From an uncultured Acidimicrobiia bacterium (lineage in GTDB: Bacteria; Actinomycetota; Acidimicrobiia; Acidimicrobiales; AC-14), in NCBI GenBank assembly GCA_963836205.1, contig CAWIIV010000024.1, positions 96,001 through 160,000 of the forward strand: DNA of 64,000 nucleotides. The letters run 5' to 3'. The translations under genes and the position numbers were made by a program. How positions within the stretch are numbered: the first letter of the stretch is position 1; each line of letters opens with the position of its first letter. The notes under the pieces were generated by a model. The model ran no database searches. It saw nothing but the letters and a program-made list of their open reading frames with translations, and was not told the origin of the DNA. Positions 42,001-52,518 of the stretch are shown one piece after another.

Positions 42001-43577
42001 TGGCCTTCCGCGAGCGCTGCGAAATAGGACTGGACCAGCGCCCGCTGGGTGGGCGGGATGTCGAGCCGGTCGAGGGCGGCGGTGGCCTCGGCCGAGTAGC
42101 GGGGGAGGACGTTGCCCACCGGGACCTGGGCCCCGTTCTGCAGGGTGAGTCCGTCGCCCTTGCCGACGACCTGGCTCGGACCCTCGCCCTGCTGGCCGGT
42201 GGTGTTGAGCACCTCGCCGTCGGTGCCACCGGCCGGGTCGAAGACGGTGGCCGTCTCCAGTCCGCCGGACGGGTTGTTGCCCGTTCCACCGCCGGGGACG
42301 CCCGGCCCGCCCTGGCCGCTACCGGTGCGGGCGTTGGTCCCCCCGGCCTGCCCCGACGCCCCACCCTGCGCCTGCTGCCCCTGCCCGCCCCCCTGCCCGC
42401 CCCCTTGCCCTTGCCCTTGCCCCTGCCCCTGCCCCTGGCCCTGGCCCTGGCCCTGGCCCTGGCCCTGGCCTTGCCCCTGGCCGGTGGCCGACAGGGCGGC
42501 GCGGGCGGCGGCGATGGACGACAGTGCGCCGAGGGTGGCCTCCTGGCCGGCAACCGACCCGGCGGCGGCGGACTGGGCGTCGGCCGCGGCACCGAGCGCG
42601 GTGGCCGCCGCGGTCAGGTCGCCGGTGCCCAGGGCCGCGGCCGCGGCCGACAGGGCGGAGGCGGCGTCGGTGTTGCCCGCGGCCTGGGTGGCGGCGAGGG
42701 CGGCCAGCCGTTCGGCCAGCGCCTGGCGCTCCTCCGGGCTGAGCGCGGCCAGGGCCGACGCCGCCGACTCCAACTGGCTGGCGGCGTCGCCCCCGGCCGT
42801 CGCCCCGGGTAAGGGTGACGACGCCAGGCTGCGGTCGAGGCCCCGCGCCGCCGCCTTCTGGGCCAGCAGGTTCGGCGACAGCTGGCCGGCCAGCTCCCGG
42901 GCGGCGGCGTCGAGCGCCTCCTGGCCCTTGGGCAGGTCGGCGGCGGTGGCCAGCTCCCGGGCCAGCTCCTCCAGCCGCTGGGCCAGCTCCTCCTGCGTCG
43001 GCGTCGGCGGGGTGGCGGTGCGCAGCTCCTCGGCCGCGTCCTGGAGCTTGGCCGCCTCGGCGTCGAGAACCTGCTGGTCGGCGGCCTGCCGGCGGCGGAC
43101 CGTGTCCTGGTGGTTGGCCATGAGGCCGAGGGCGACGGCGGCCACCGTCAGCCCCGCCACCACGCCCATCCGCCGCCCGTCGAGCCGCACCGGCACCGCC
43201 TCCGACGGCTTCCGTCCCGCAGCCAGGTCGGACGCCCGCGCCCGCACCCGTTCCCCGAACGGACCGCCCGACCCCGGCCCCCGTGCCTCCAACTCCAGGG
43301 CGGTGGCGAACACGTCGCCCGTCCCCAGGCCCCGGTCGGCGGCCCGGGCCGCGACCAGCGGCGGCACCTTCACCACCAGGGCCGCGACCACGAGGGCGAC
43401 CACGGCCGCCACCGCCAGCCCCACCGCCACCGGCTCGGGCCACGCCCACGGCCGGAACCGCCCGGCCAGCACCAGGGCCAGGGCCAGGGCCGCCACCGCG
43501 GGGGCGATCCACTGGGCGGTGGCCACCCCCCAGGCCAGCCGCAGCCGGCGCCGCACCCCGGCCAGCAGCTCGGTCAC
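41997..43577 (-). CDS. Membrane-anchored coiled-coil protein with (GQ)n linker
   Basis: Three TM segments, Ala/Glu-rich helices, GQ repeats, C-terminal VQSYF; coupled by GTGA overlap. Confidence 0.8.
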
Positions 43578-44773
43578 GAGAAGTCCCGGGCCGACGGGAG
43601 ACTCACCCGGCGCACGGCCACGAACAGGGCCAGCCCGCCGATCACGATCGACGCCAGCAGCCACGCCACCCACAGGCGCACGCCGGCCACCTCCGCCTGG
43701 GGCCGGACCGGCTCGTCGAACTGCCCGAGCGGGATGCCGTCACCGATCCCGTCCCCGGGGTCGATGATCACCTGGCCACCCGCCGCGTTGAGGATCGCGA
43801 TCTGGCTGCGGATCTCTGCGTCCGCCGGGAGGTCGGGCGCCGGCACCGGCATGGTGGTCATGGGCGGTGCCGGCAGGAAGGGCTCGGCCATGGCCGTCGC
43901 CGGCACCGGCATCGGGACCGGCCGCACGTCGACGCCTGCGAATCCCATCCCGGAGTCGGTGGCGAACCCGAAGCTGTCCGGCCGGACCAGATCGGCCAGC
44001 GCGGTGAACGGCGAGTCGATGGAATTGGTGGCGGTTCGCCCTTGCACCACGTCGGCGGTTGCCACGAACGGGTTCAGGGCCAGCACCGCCGGCGAGGCCC
44101 GGTCGATGGGCCCGTCCATGGCCCGCTGCCCGCCGTAGACGATGAACGTCCCCACCGTGAGGGCGGCGGTGAGCCCGTAGGCGATGACGGTGGCGGCCTG
44201 GGTGCGGCGGAGGAGGGCGGAGCAGGCGACGCTGAGGCAGGCCAGCACCACTGCCGTGAGCAGGACCATCGCCACGCCCTTGAGCACCTCGGCCACCGAC
44301 ACCCCGCCCACGAGGAAGGGGACGCTGAGCAGGGGCAGGCTGGCCACCACCAGGAAGGCGGTGAACGCCAGCGACGAGAGCAGCTTGCCCAGGACGATCG
44401 ACCGGGGCCGCAGCAGCGTGACCTGGAGCGAGACGAGCGTCTGCCGCTCCCGCTCGCCGGAGATCGCCGAGGCGGTGAGCCCGGGGACGATGAAGCACAC
44501 CAGCATGAGCATGAAGAACAGCAGCCAGTGGAAGATCGAGCGCCCGACCGAGGCCGACGCCAACGGGTCGGCGAACCCCGAGCCCGACAACGAGTTCGAC
44601 GCGCCCAGGTACACGAAGCGCAGGATGAGGGCGAGGATGGCCAGGTAGGCGGTGACGACCAGCCACGTCAGCCGGCCCCGCATGCGCTGCTTGAGCTCGC
44701 GGGCCAGCACCGGGTTGAGGGGCGGCAGGGCGCGTCGAAGGGAGGCCAACGAAGCTGTCCCAGTAGGTCTCAT
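43574..44773 (-). CDS. ABC transporter permease
   Basis: NPVLAREL, AISGERERQTL..L..T, IVLGKL. Confidence 0.88.
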   Translation of the reverse strand: MRPTGTASLASLRRALPPLNPVLARELKQRMRGRLTWLVVTAYLAILALILRFVYLGASNSLSGSGFADPLASASVGRSIFHWLLFFMLMLVCFIVPGLTASAISGERERQTLVSLQVTLLRPRSIVLGKLLSSLAFTAFLVVASLPLLSVPFLVGGVSVAEVLKGVAMVLLTAVVLACLSVACSALLRRTQAATVIAYGLTAALTVGTFIVYGGQRAMDGPIDRASPAVLALNPFVATADVVQGRTATNSIDSPFTALADLVRPDSFGFATDSGMGFAGVDVRPVPMPVPATAMAEPFLPAPPMTTMPVPAPDLPADAEIRSQIAILNAAGGQVIIDPGDGIGDGIPLGQFDEPVRPQAEVAGVRLWVAWLLASIVIGGLALFVAVRRVSLPSARDFS

Positions 44774-45699
44774 TGGAGCGTGCCTTCCGTCACCTGCATG
44801 AACACGTCCTCCAGCCCCGACCCGTCGACCCGGAACTCGACCACGGCCAGGCCTTCGTCGACCACCAGCCGGCGCAGGAGGGCCTGCTGCTCGTCCTCGT
44901 CGGCGACGGTGAAGGTGCGCACCTCGCCGCCGGCCAGGGTCACGGTGACCTGGCGCCCGGCGACCGCCGTCAGCCGGGCTCCGATCTCCTTGGGCGGCCC
45001 GACGGCCAGCAGCCGGCCCGCCTCCATGATGGCGATGTGGCTGCACATCTCCTCCATCTCGGAGAGGATGTGGGAGCTGATCACGACGGTCTTGCCCATC
45101 GACTGGAGCTCGGCCAGCAGCCCCCGCAGCTCCACCCGGGCCCGGGGGTCGAGGCCGCTGGCGGGCTCGTCGAGCAGGAGCACCTCGGGGTCGTGGACGA
45201 GGGCCCGGGCCAGGGCCAGGCGTTGCTTCATGCCCCGCGACAGCGACTCCACCATGGCCGTGCGCTTGACCTCGAGCCCGACCAGCTCCAGCAGGCCGTC
45301 GACCAGGCCCTTCCACCCCGGCCGGGGCAGCGAGTAGGCGGCGGCGAAGAACTCCAGGTACTCCTGCACCGACAGGTTGTCGTAGACGCCGAGGACGTCG
45401 GGCATGTAGCCCACCTTCCGGCGCACGCCCCGGGGGTCGGTCACCGGATCGCAGCCGGCCACCCGGGCCGTGCCCGAGGTGGGCGTGAGCACCGACGCCA
45501 GGATCGACAGGGTGGTGCTCTTCCCCGCCCCGTTGGGACCGATGAGCCCGAACACGCTCCCCGCCGGCACCTCCAGGCTCAGGTCGCGCACCGCGAACAG
45601 GTCGCCGAAGCGCTTGGTCAGGCCCACGGTGCGGACGGCGAAGGCGGGGCCGACCTCGGACGGCTCGTCGACCTCGTCCACCGCCACCACGTCGGTCAT
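44770..45699 (-). CDS. ABC transporter ATP-binding protein
   Basis: GPNGAGKST, LSRGMKQR, LLLDEP, SSH. Confidence 0.93.
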   Translation of the reverse strand: MTDVVAVDEVDEPSEVGPAFAVRTVGLTKRFGDLFAVRDLSLEVPAGSVFGLIGPNGAGKSTTLSILASVLTPTSGTARVAGCDPVTDPRGVRRKVGYMPDVLGVYDNLSVQEYLEFFAAAYSLPRPGWKGLVDGLLELVGLEVKRTAMVESLSRGMKQRLALARALVHDPEVLLLDEPASGLDPRARVELRGLLAELQSMGKTVVISSHILSEMEEMCSHIAIMEAGRLLAVGPPKEIGARLTAVAGRQVTVTLAGGEVRTFTVADEDEQQALLRRLVVDEGLAVVEFRVDGSGLEDVFMQVTEGTLQ

Positions 45700-47834
45700 G
45701 TGCCCTCCCGCACGGTGAAGAGGCCGTTGACGTCGACGAGCGAGGTGAACGCCGGGAAGCGCAGCCACACCACGTCGCCCTGGACCGCGCCGGCAGGGAG
45801 GGCGAAGGCGGCCGACCCGCCGTTGCCACCGGCGCCGGCCAATGGCGTGAGCGTCCGCCAGCCCCCGTCCTGCCACACCTCCACCTCGGGGCCGGGGACG
45901 CGGGTGGTGAGCCGGGTCAGGTCGGGCGTGCGTCCGCCCCGGTCGGCGTCGCGGAGCACGAAGCGGGTGACGTAGGACTCGGCCTGCCCCTTCCGGAAGT
46001 CGGCGGCGCGCACGACCTCCCGGCGGACGTCGAGGGCGGTGCTGTCGGCCGGGACCTCGACCCGGTTACGGCCCAGGACGACGGAGCGCCCGCCGCCGGC
46101 GTCGCGGCCGTCGACCTCGACCGGCGGCGCGAACGACCGGGTCCAGCCGGCGGCGAGCACCTCGCCCGGTCCCCGGAACTCGGGTCCGCTGATGGCCTCC
46201 GCCGTCTGCCACAGGCTCCAGTCGACGGTGCTGTCGGAGTCGGGGTCGAAGCCGCCGAACAGGTTCCAGACCCGTCCCTCCACGCCGCCCTCGCCGCCGA
46301 AGAGGAAGTTGGCGTCGGTCTCGGCGATGCGCCAGTCCCGTTCCTCACCCGGCTCCAGCCGGCCGACCAGGGTGCCGCCGGTGCCGACGAACACGCCCAC
46401 CTCGTCGAGCACCCACGAGGTCGCGTTCTTGACCCGGCCCGACGCCTGGCCCGGGGCCATGGCCACCGCCGAAACCTCGAGGATGCCCTCGGTCGCCACC
46501 GGCCCGGTGGAGGGGACGATGCCGAACTGGCCGGCGTCGAGGGGGAGTGAGCCTTCGAGACCGTCCGGCGTGACGGTGACCGACGAGAACGAGTTGGTGC
46601 TCCCGATGTCGGACTCGCCGCCGGGGGCCCATCCCGGGCCGAGGCGGATGCGCGACGTCTGGCCGCCGGCGGAGAACACTCCCGTCCACGTGGACGCCGT
46701 CGCCCCGTTCACGCCGGTGGACACCACGCTGGTGTGGACCTGACGGGTCGTGGCCCGCAGGTCACGTCCCCCGACGTAGCTGCCGGCGGTGAACATGACC
46801 GCCACCAGGGGGACGGCGACCCAGGCCAGCTCGGGATGGCCCCGGCGGCGGACGACGAGGAACGCGATCGGACCCGCCACCAGCACATACAGGACGAGGA
46901 AGGCGACCAGCCAGCCCAGCCGGGGGACCTGCAGCCCGGCCTCGTTGGCGAGGGTCTGGCCCACCAGGGTGTCGCCGAAGCGCATGGAGGGGTCACCGGT
47001 GACGGCCCAGCCGGTGGGCTCCACCAGCCCCGTCCACTGCCCGCCGGCGATGGCGCCGCCGGTGAGCCGGACCTCGCCCCGCCCTGCCGCCGACCGCCCG
47101 TCGGTGCCCGGCTGCCAGCTCGGGGGCAGACCCTCCACCGACTGGCCCCGGTCGGCGTCGACCAGGAGGTGGCCTCCCTGCTCGACCCAGGCCAGCACCG
47201 CGGCGCGGGTGTCGACCGGCATCCGGGCCAGCTCGTCGGCCGCGGCCCCGATGGTGCTCACCGGGCCCAGGCTGCCGGGGGCCTGGGCCAGCTCGGCGGC
47301 GCCGACGGCGGTGAAACGGGCGGTGCCGGCGTCGACGGCGAGGGGGGCCGGGCCGGGGACGCTGCGCCCGCCGAGGGCCCCCGGGAGCAGCCCGACCAGC
47401 TCCTGCCCGGTCGAGCTCTGCAGCACACCGTCGCCGGTGGCGATCTCGTCCGACCCGTCCCGGAGCAGGGCCTGGACGCCGATGGCCCCGTCGAACCGGA
47501 ACGACTGCCAGGCGGGCATGACGACGAGGAACTCCTTGGTGCTGCCGCCGGGAACCTCGACCGGGATGGCCACCGGAGTGCCGCCGGCGGTCCCGACCTC
47601 CAACCGTCCCCGCACCAGGCGGTCGGCCGTCACCTGCACCCGCACCGCCAGCGGCCGGCCGGGGACGTAGGACCCGTCGTAGGCGCCGACGACCTTGAGC
47701 GACGTGGCCGCCGCCGCCGGGCCGGCCGCGGGGCCGAGGGTCAGGAGGAGGGGGACGATCGCGAGCGCGACGAGTCCGAGCCGCCTGGGCCAGCCTCGAT
47801 TGGGCCAGCCTCGATCGGGCCAGCGATCTCGCAC
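45696..47834 (-). CDS. Large membrane or secreted protein heading the MoxR operon
   Basis: Signal peptide; central TM pair LYVLVAGP...WVAVP; ATGA overlap with the ABC ATPase. Confidence 0.75.
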   Translation of the reverse strand: MRDRWPDRGWPNRGWPRRLGLVALAIVPLLLTLGPAAGPAAAATSLKVVGAYDGSYVPGRPLAVRVQVTADRLVRGRLEVGTAGGTPVAIPVEVPGGSTKEFLVVMPAWQSFRFDGAIGVQALLRDGSDEIATGDGVLQSSTGQELVGLLPGALGGRSVPGPAPLAVDAGTARFTAVGAAELAQAPGSLGPVSTIGAAADELARMPVDTRAAVLAWVEQGGHLLVDADRGQSVEGLPPSWQPGTDGRSAAGRGEVRLTGGAIAGGQWTGLVEPTGWAVTGDPSMRFGDTLVGQTLANEAGLQVPRLGWLVAFLVLYVLVAGPIAFLVVRRRGHPELAWVAVPLVAVMFTAGSYVGGRDLRATTRQVHTSVVSTGVNGATASTWTGVFSAGGQTSRIRLGPGWAPGGESDIGSTNSFSSVTVTPDGLEGSLPLDAGQFGIVPSTGPVATEGILEVSAVAMAPGQASGRVKNATSWVLDEVGVFVGTGGTLVGRLEPGEERDWRIAETDANFLFGGEGGVEGRVWNLFGGFDPDSDSTVDWSLWQTAEAISGPEFRGPGEVLAAGWTRSFAPPVEVDGRDAGGGRSVVLGRNRVEVPADSTALDVRREVVRAADFRKGQAESYVTRFVLRDADRGGRTPDLTRLTTRVPGPEVEVWQDGGWRTLTPLAGAGGNGGSAAFALPAGAVQGDVVWLRFPAFTSLVDVNGLFTVREGT

Positions 47835-48040
47835 GTCCGTTCCTCGGCTTTCTCCCGCCACCCGCAGGTACGACGTCGGCTGGCCACGCCCGGTTCCCGG
47901 CCCGCGGCCGGATTCCCGGATAGGCCCCGACGGTACCGGGCCGCCCGTCCGATGAGGTGGCGCGGCCCACGCCCGTGGCTCAGGGCATCCTCCCGGGAAC
48001 CCCCGAGGATCGTCACAGGCCGGACCCCGAGGATGCGGCC

Positions 48041-48938
48041 ATGCGCACGCGAATCGTCCTGGCCACGACCCTGATCGTGGCGGCGGTGGGAATCGGAGCG
48101 GCCTCGGGATCGACCGGCGGGAGCCGGCCGGCCGCGGTCGCCGTAGCCGTCAGCCAGGTGGCTGCGACCGGCTCGCCGGCCGCGACCCGCCTCGTCGGTG
48201 AAGGTGCTGGCCGCGGCGGGTGCGTTGGTGTACCTCCACGACCTCGGGTTCTCGGGGCAGGCGAGGGTGACGATGGACGGCGAGACCTTCACCGTCGCCG
48301 ACGTCTACCGGGCGGCCATCGTCGACGGCGAGAGCGCGGCCTACGACACCCTGGTCCGGATCGCAGGCGTGGACTGGCTCAACACCCGGTTCCTCGCCGC
48401 CGCCAACGGCTTTCCGAGGACGGTGATCCAGCGGTCGTACACCGGCCTGGGCGTGCCCTGGTCGCCGGCCATGCGGATCGTCGAGGGCTCCCGTTCCCGG
48501 ACGGTGGCGGCCCGGACCGCCACCGGTACCTACGACTGTTCCGACGACGGCAACTGCTCGAACCTCCTCGAGCTGACGGAGTCCGTGCGCCGGGTCGTGC
48601 TCGACGCCGAGCTCCCGGCCGCCGAGCGGTTCGACCTGGACCCGTCCGACATCGCCGGCCTGTCCGCGGCCCTGCTGCACGCCAACGGGTTCGTCGGTCC
48701 CGCCGCCGCCTAGGTCCTGGGTCGGACGCCCTTGTCTACGACAAGCCCGGATACGTACCTGGCGACGCGTGCGTCGACGCGTCCGTCGTCATCGATCCGA
48801 CGACCGGCGAGCGCTACGTCCTGGGGATCGCCACCCCCGAGGACGGTCCCGACTTGCCAGGCCCTGGGTGCGATCGCTGCCGCCACCCTCGACTTCCTCA
48901 CACCGCCGGCGGGTCCGGGAGGGGTTGCTCAAGGGTGA
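48041..48938 (+). pseudogene. Frameshifted class A beta-lactamase-like serine hydrolase
   Basis: Signal peptide; ASSVK (SxxK), ESAAYD at the SDN position, DKPG at the KTG position; split across frames near 48185, 48715 and 48855. Confidence 0.55.
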
Positions 48939-49836
48939 GGACGGGCCCGAACAGGTCGCCGTGCTCGGTCACCCGGTCGAGGACCGCGGGGGCCTCGAAG
49001 ACGAGGGAGTCGGCGTCGCCGCTGGTGGCGGCTTCGGCCACCTCGTCCCACGTCACGGGCGTCGACACCGTGGGGCGGGGACGGGCCCGGAGGGAGTAGA
49101 TCGAGATGGTGGTCTTGTGCTCGTCGTTCTGGCTCCAGTCGATGAAGACCTTGCCCGTGCGCAGCTCCTTCTTCATCAGCGACAGGATCTGCTTGGGATG
49201 CTCGGCCTCGAGCAGGCGGGCGAGGGCGTGGGCGAAGGGCTTCGTGTCGTCGTAGGTGACGGTGGTGTTGAGGGGCACGTAGATCTGGAGCCCCTTCGAC
49301 CCCGACGTCTTGGGGAACGATTGAAGTCCGAGCCCGTCGAGAGCCTCCTTGAGGAGCAGCCCGACCTGGCAACACTCGAGGAGGGCGGCCGGCGGGCCGG
49401 GGTCGAGGTCGAAGACCAACATCGTCGGCCGCTGGTTCTCGGGCGCCCGCGACAACGACGGGTGGAGCTCGAGGGCGGCCAGGTTGGCCATCCACACGAG
49501 GGTGGGGAGGTCGTCGGCGACGCAATAGTCCATGAGCTCGTTCTTGCGCCCGGCGTACACCGGCGTGGTCGCCACCCACGGTGGCCGGTGCTTCGGACAG
49601 TTCTTCTCGTAGAAGAACTGGCTGGCCACGCCATTCGGATAGCGCTTGAGCGTCAGCGGCCGCCCTTGGAGGTGGGGCACGAGCACGTCCGCGATGCGGG
49701 TGTAGTAGTCGATCACCTGGCCCTTGGTGAATCCGGCCTCGGGATACAGCACCTTCTCAAGGTTGGAGAGCGAGAGCTGCCGCCCCCCGACCTCGACCAC
49801 CACCTCCGTCTTGCCCCCGCTCGACGACGGACTCAT
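48898..49836 (-). CDS. ligD: NHEJ LigD polymerase (primase-polymerase) domain, standalone
   Basis: LSNLEKVLYP, KRYPNGV, FDLDPG, KTSGSKGLQ, DWSQN, YSLRA. Confidence 0.92.
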   Translation of the reverse strand: MSPSSSGGKTEVVVEVGGRQLSLSNLEKVLYPEAGFTKGQVIDYYTRIADVLVPHLQGRPLTLKRYPNGVASQFFYEKNCPKHRPPWVATTPVYAGRKNELMDYCVADDLPTLVWMANLAALELHPSLSRAPENQRPTMLVFDLDPGPPAALLECCQVGLLLKEALDGLGLQSFPKTSGSKGLQIYVPLNTTVTYDDTKPFAHALARLLEAEHPKQILSLMKKELRTGKVFIDWSQNDEHKTTISIYSLRARPRPTVSTPVTWDEVAEAATSGDADSLVFEAPAVLDRVTEHGDLFGPVLTLEQPLPDPPAV

Positions 49837-50139
49837 GAGACTCGATGCTACGGCGAGGGCAGGTGGATGGCGGGGACAGGGTGGCCGGGTCTCCCCGCGC
49901 CACGAGGCACATAGCGAATGCGCCCGCCAAGGGCGGGCTCGTGGCGAACCTAAGATTTAGGTGCAGGAGCGCAGCCTTTACGACTCGTGGGGGGACGGCG
50001 ATCCTCCGGGCATGGCCGATCGAGGAACGGGCCTATTGATAGCAGGAAGGGGAATGCTCCTACTCCTCATCGGTTTCGCGCCACTGCTACAAGCTCCTGG
50101 CACGCGTGGATCCGCCGGGTCGGAAGTTGACGGTCGATA

Positions 50140-50145
50140 TACGGT
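50140..50145 (+). promoter_or_regulatory. Candidate -10 element (TACGGT) for the structured RNA
   Basis: TANNNT 5-6 nt upstream of the 5' arm of the closing helix; no clear -35. Confidence 0.3.
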
Positions 50146-50150
50146 ATGGC

Positions 50151-50614
50151 GACGCCGTTTCAGAGCGGGCACGAAACAGATCGCACTCATCTGCGGGAAA
50201 AACAGCCCTAGGTGGGATCGTGGTTGTTGTCGGAGTCATCGTCGAGGCCATTGCTTAGCCGTGTTCCGAGGTTCCCTCGACCGCTTCTCCAGGGCGCCCG
50301 CATCCGGACCCGTTTGGGGGATCTCGTCTGAGTGGAGAGAGGGGATCCGCGTCGCCCGGCAACCGACAAAGACGCAGGTAAGGGAGCCTATGGCGCGGGC
50401 CCTCCCTCCTTCCGCTCCAGGTCCGAGGAGCCTTCTCGGCGACCCGTTCCTCCAGGAGCGGAGAACCTTGTTTGGTCCGATCCGTCACCAGATGAGAGCC
50501 GAGGCCAGCCGAGGTTCGGAACCTTGTCTCACAAGGGTGTCTTCGATGACTCCCGCTCCCCTAGGACGGTGGGGCGCCCCGATCACGACTTGATACTAGG
50601 CGCTCAATCGGCGT
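50151..50614 (+). ncRNA. Putative large structured non-coding RNA (~465 nt), family not recognised
   Basis: At least 7 mutually nested long-range pairings plus about 7 local hairpins. G-U pairs are consistent with the + strand. Confidence 0.7.
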
Positions 50615-50652
50615 GTCTGTCTTTCATCTGCTCAAGAATTGAGGAAATCGAC

Positions 50653-50682
50653 TTGCGAAGCAAACGTGTGTTCGACTATAAT
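50653..50682 (+). promoter_or_regulatory. Promoter (TTGCGA-N18-TATAAT) with LexA/SOS-like box GCAAAC-GTGT-GTTCGA in the spacer; probably leaderless
   Basis: Box at 50660-50675 resembles the actinobacterial TCGAAC-N4-GTTCGA consensus; ATG begins 7 nt after the -10. Confidence 0.7.
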
Positions 50683-50689
50683 CGTACCT

Positions 50690-51967
50690 ATGGGCGAGTG
50701 CTCAGAGAGTGAGGCCAAGGCGGTCCGGTTGGAGGCCGAGATCGCCGAGGTGTGCGGGATGATCAATGCCGCTACCGCTCGGTTGGTTCGGCTTCTGGGT
50801 GAGGTTTTGGCGACGGGGTCGTGGGAGGGTGCGGGCATTCGCTCGCCGGAGCAATGGGTGGCCTGGAAGTGCGGGGTCGGTCCGGCTCGGGCACGGTCGT
50901 TGGTGGCGATGGCCCGGCGGCTCCCGGAGTTGCCCGAGACTCGAACCTCGTTCGAGGCGGGCGAGCTGACGGAGGACCAAGTGGCGGTCATCGCCCGTCG
51001 TGCACCTGCGTCGACCGATGCCGAGGTGGCCGAGCTCGCCCGGCAGGCCACCGTGTGCCAACTCGGGCGTGTCCTCAATGGATACCGCTTCGCCGAGGAA
51101 TCCGAGACGACCAAGGCCCAGCCGGCGGCCGAGCAGCCGGCTCCGGAGGTGCCCGAGGAGCAGCGGCGGGTCAGCTTCGGCTACGACGACGACGGCGGAT
51201 GGCGGCTGTCAGCGGTGTTGCCGGCCGACGAGGGCGCGCTCTGGGAACGGGCGCTGACCGAGGCGAGGGAGTCGTTGTTCCGGGCGCAGCAGTCCGACGA
51301 GCACGACCGGCGGATCGCTGTGGGGTGGGCCGACGCCCTCGTGGCGGTTGCCGACCGGAGCCTGGCCGAGGGTGCCGCCGTGCGGCCCCACCGCGACCGG
51401 CATCTGGTGATGGTCCACGTCGGAGCGAGCCCCAGCGGTGCTGTCGGGGGCCATCTGCACCTCGGCCCCGAGTTGCCTGCCGGTCTGCGGCAGTACATCA
51501 GCTGCGACGGGCGTGTGCGGGCCGTCTTCGAGGCGAGTGGCACGCCGGTCAGCGTCGGCCGGTCGTATCGCACGGTGCCCGATCGCACGCGTGCCGTCAT
51601 CGAGGAACGAGACCGCGGGTGCCGGGTGCCCGGTTGCGATCGTAGGCGGTGGTTGCACGTCCACCACATTCGCCATTGGGAGGATGGCGGGCCATCCGAT
51701 ACTCCCAATCTTCTGGCCCTGTGCTCGTTCCATCACCGGCTTCTCCACCGGGGCGGCCTCAGGATAACGGGGAATGCCGACGAGCCCGACGGGCTGATGT
51801 TCGCCGATCATCGCGGGCGGCGGCTTGCCACCAACGGTCGGCCGATACCGCCGAATGGTTCGTTCACCGACGCCGCCCGCCACCTGGGCATCCCCGAACC
51901 AAGCTGGAGCCCTCCATCCGGCGAGCGCCACGACCCCCGGGCCGTGTACTTCAACGATTCCCCGTAG
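50690..51967 (+). CDS. DUF222 (13E12-repeat) HNH endonuclease
   Basis: Helical N-terminus; ERDRGCRVPGC, HHIRHWEDGG, NLLALCSFHH. Confidence 0.88.
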   Translation: MGECSESEAKAVRLEAEIAEVCGMINAATARLVRLLGEVLATGSWEGAGIRSPEQWVAWKCGVGPARARSLVAMARRLPELPETRTSFEAGELTEDQVAVIARRAPASTDAEVAELARQATVCQLGRVLNGYRFAEESETTKAQPAAEQPAPEVPEEQRRVSFGYDDDGGWRLSAVLPADEGALWERALTEARESLFRAQQSDEHDRRIAVGWADALVAVADRSLAEGAAVRPHRDRHLVMVHVGASPSGAVGGHLHLGPELPAGLRQYISCDGRVRAVFEASGTPVSVGRSYRTVPDRTRAVIEERDRGCRVPGCDRRRWLHVHHIRHWEDGGPSDTPNLLALCSFHHRLLHRGGLRITGNADEPDGLMFADHRGRRLATNGRPIPPNGSFTDAARHLGIPEPSWSPPSGERHDPRAVYFNDSP

Positions 51968-52518
51968 ACGTGGAACGACGGGACACCGACTTCGAAGATC
52001 CCGCCGCGGACCTTCGCGCGTCAGTGCCCCGTCGGCCCCGGCACGGCGTGCTACACGACGGTTGTCGGGGAGCGGCCGAGGGGCCGGCACCCTGACGTCC
52101 GGAACGTCGTGTGCGGCGGGGGTGGCAGGCCGGGGCAGGATGCGCACGGGCGGCGCGTCGTGCCGGCGTGGGGCCGAGCGCTCAGACGGTTGGTGGCCAG
52201 GCGTTTCGTGCTCCGGCAACGTCGAAAACGAGTCATGTCGAGCGACCCCCCGATCGCAACACCCCAGTGACTGGGCAGCGTCCGGCCCGACCAACCAGGG
52301 TTGACGTTGAATCCAGCCTCCTGATCGCCCGCCGCCCGGATTCGACCTCCGCCGTGTCCTCCGGTCTGCGATCAGGTGGTTGGCACCGTCACCCTGGTTG
52401 GTCGAGTGTCGGACACCCGCCTGAGCCACAGCCTCGTCGCCCGTCCCCGCCGGCGCATCGGGAGGATGCCTTATGTCGGCGGCCGCGACTCCTTACTTCG
52501 GCCCCTCACTTCCGCCCC

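Noticed and set aside
42360-42480. 6-bp tandem repeat as a possible contingency locus
   Set aside because: In-frame (GQ)n linker with varied codons; length changes would keep the frame.
48041-48938. Functional beta-lactam resistance gene
   Set aside because: Frameshifted, and the SDN and KTG motifs are non-canonical.
49948-49962. Palindrome ACCTAA-GAT-TTAGGT upstream of ligD
   Set aside because: Single short instance with no recognisable regulator consensus; could be chance.
50417-50432. CAGGTCCGAGGAG as the SRP RNA helix-8 motif
   Set aside because: Lacks the GNRA loop and the paired AGCA motif. RNase P (GAGGAAAGTCC) and tmRNA termini are also absent.
49961-50593. 210-aa ORF over the structured region
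   Set aside because: No recognisable domain and atypical codon usage; nested base pairing explains the region better.
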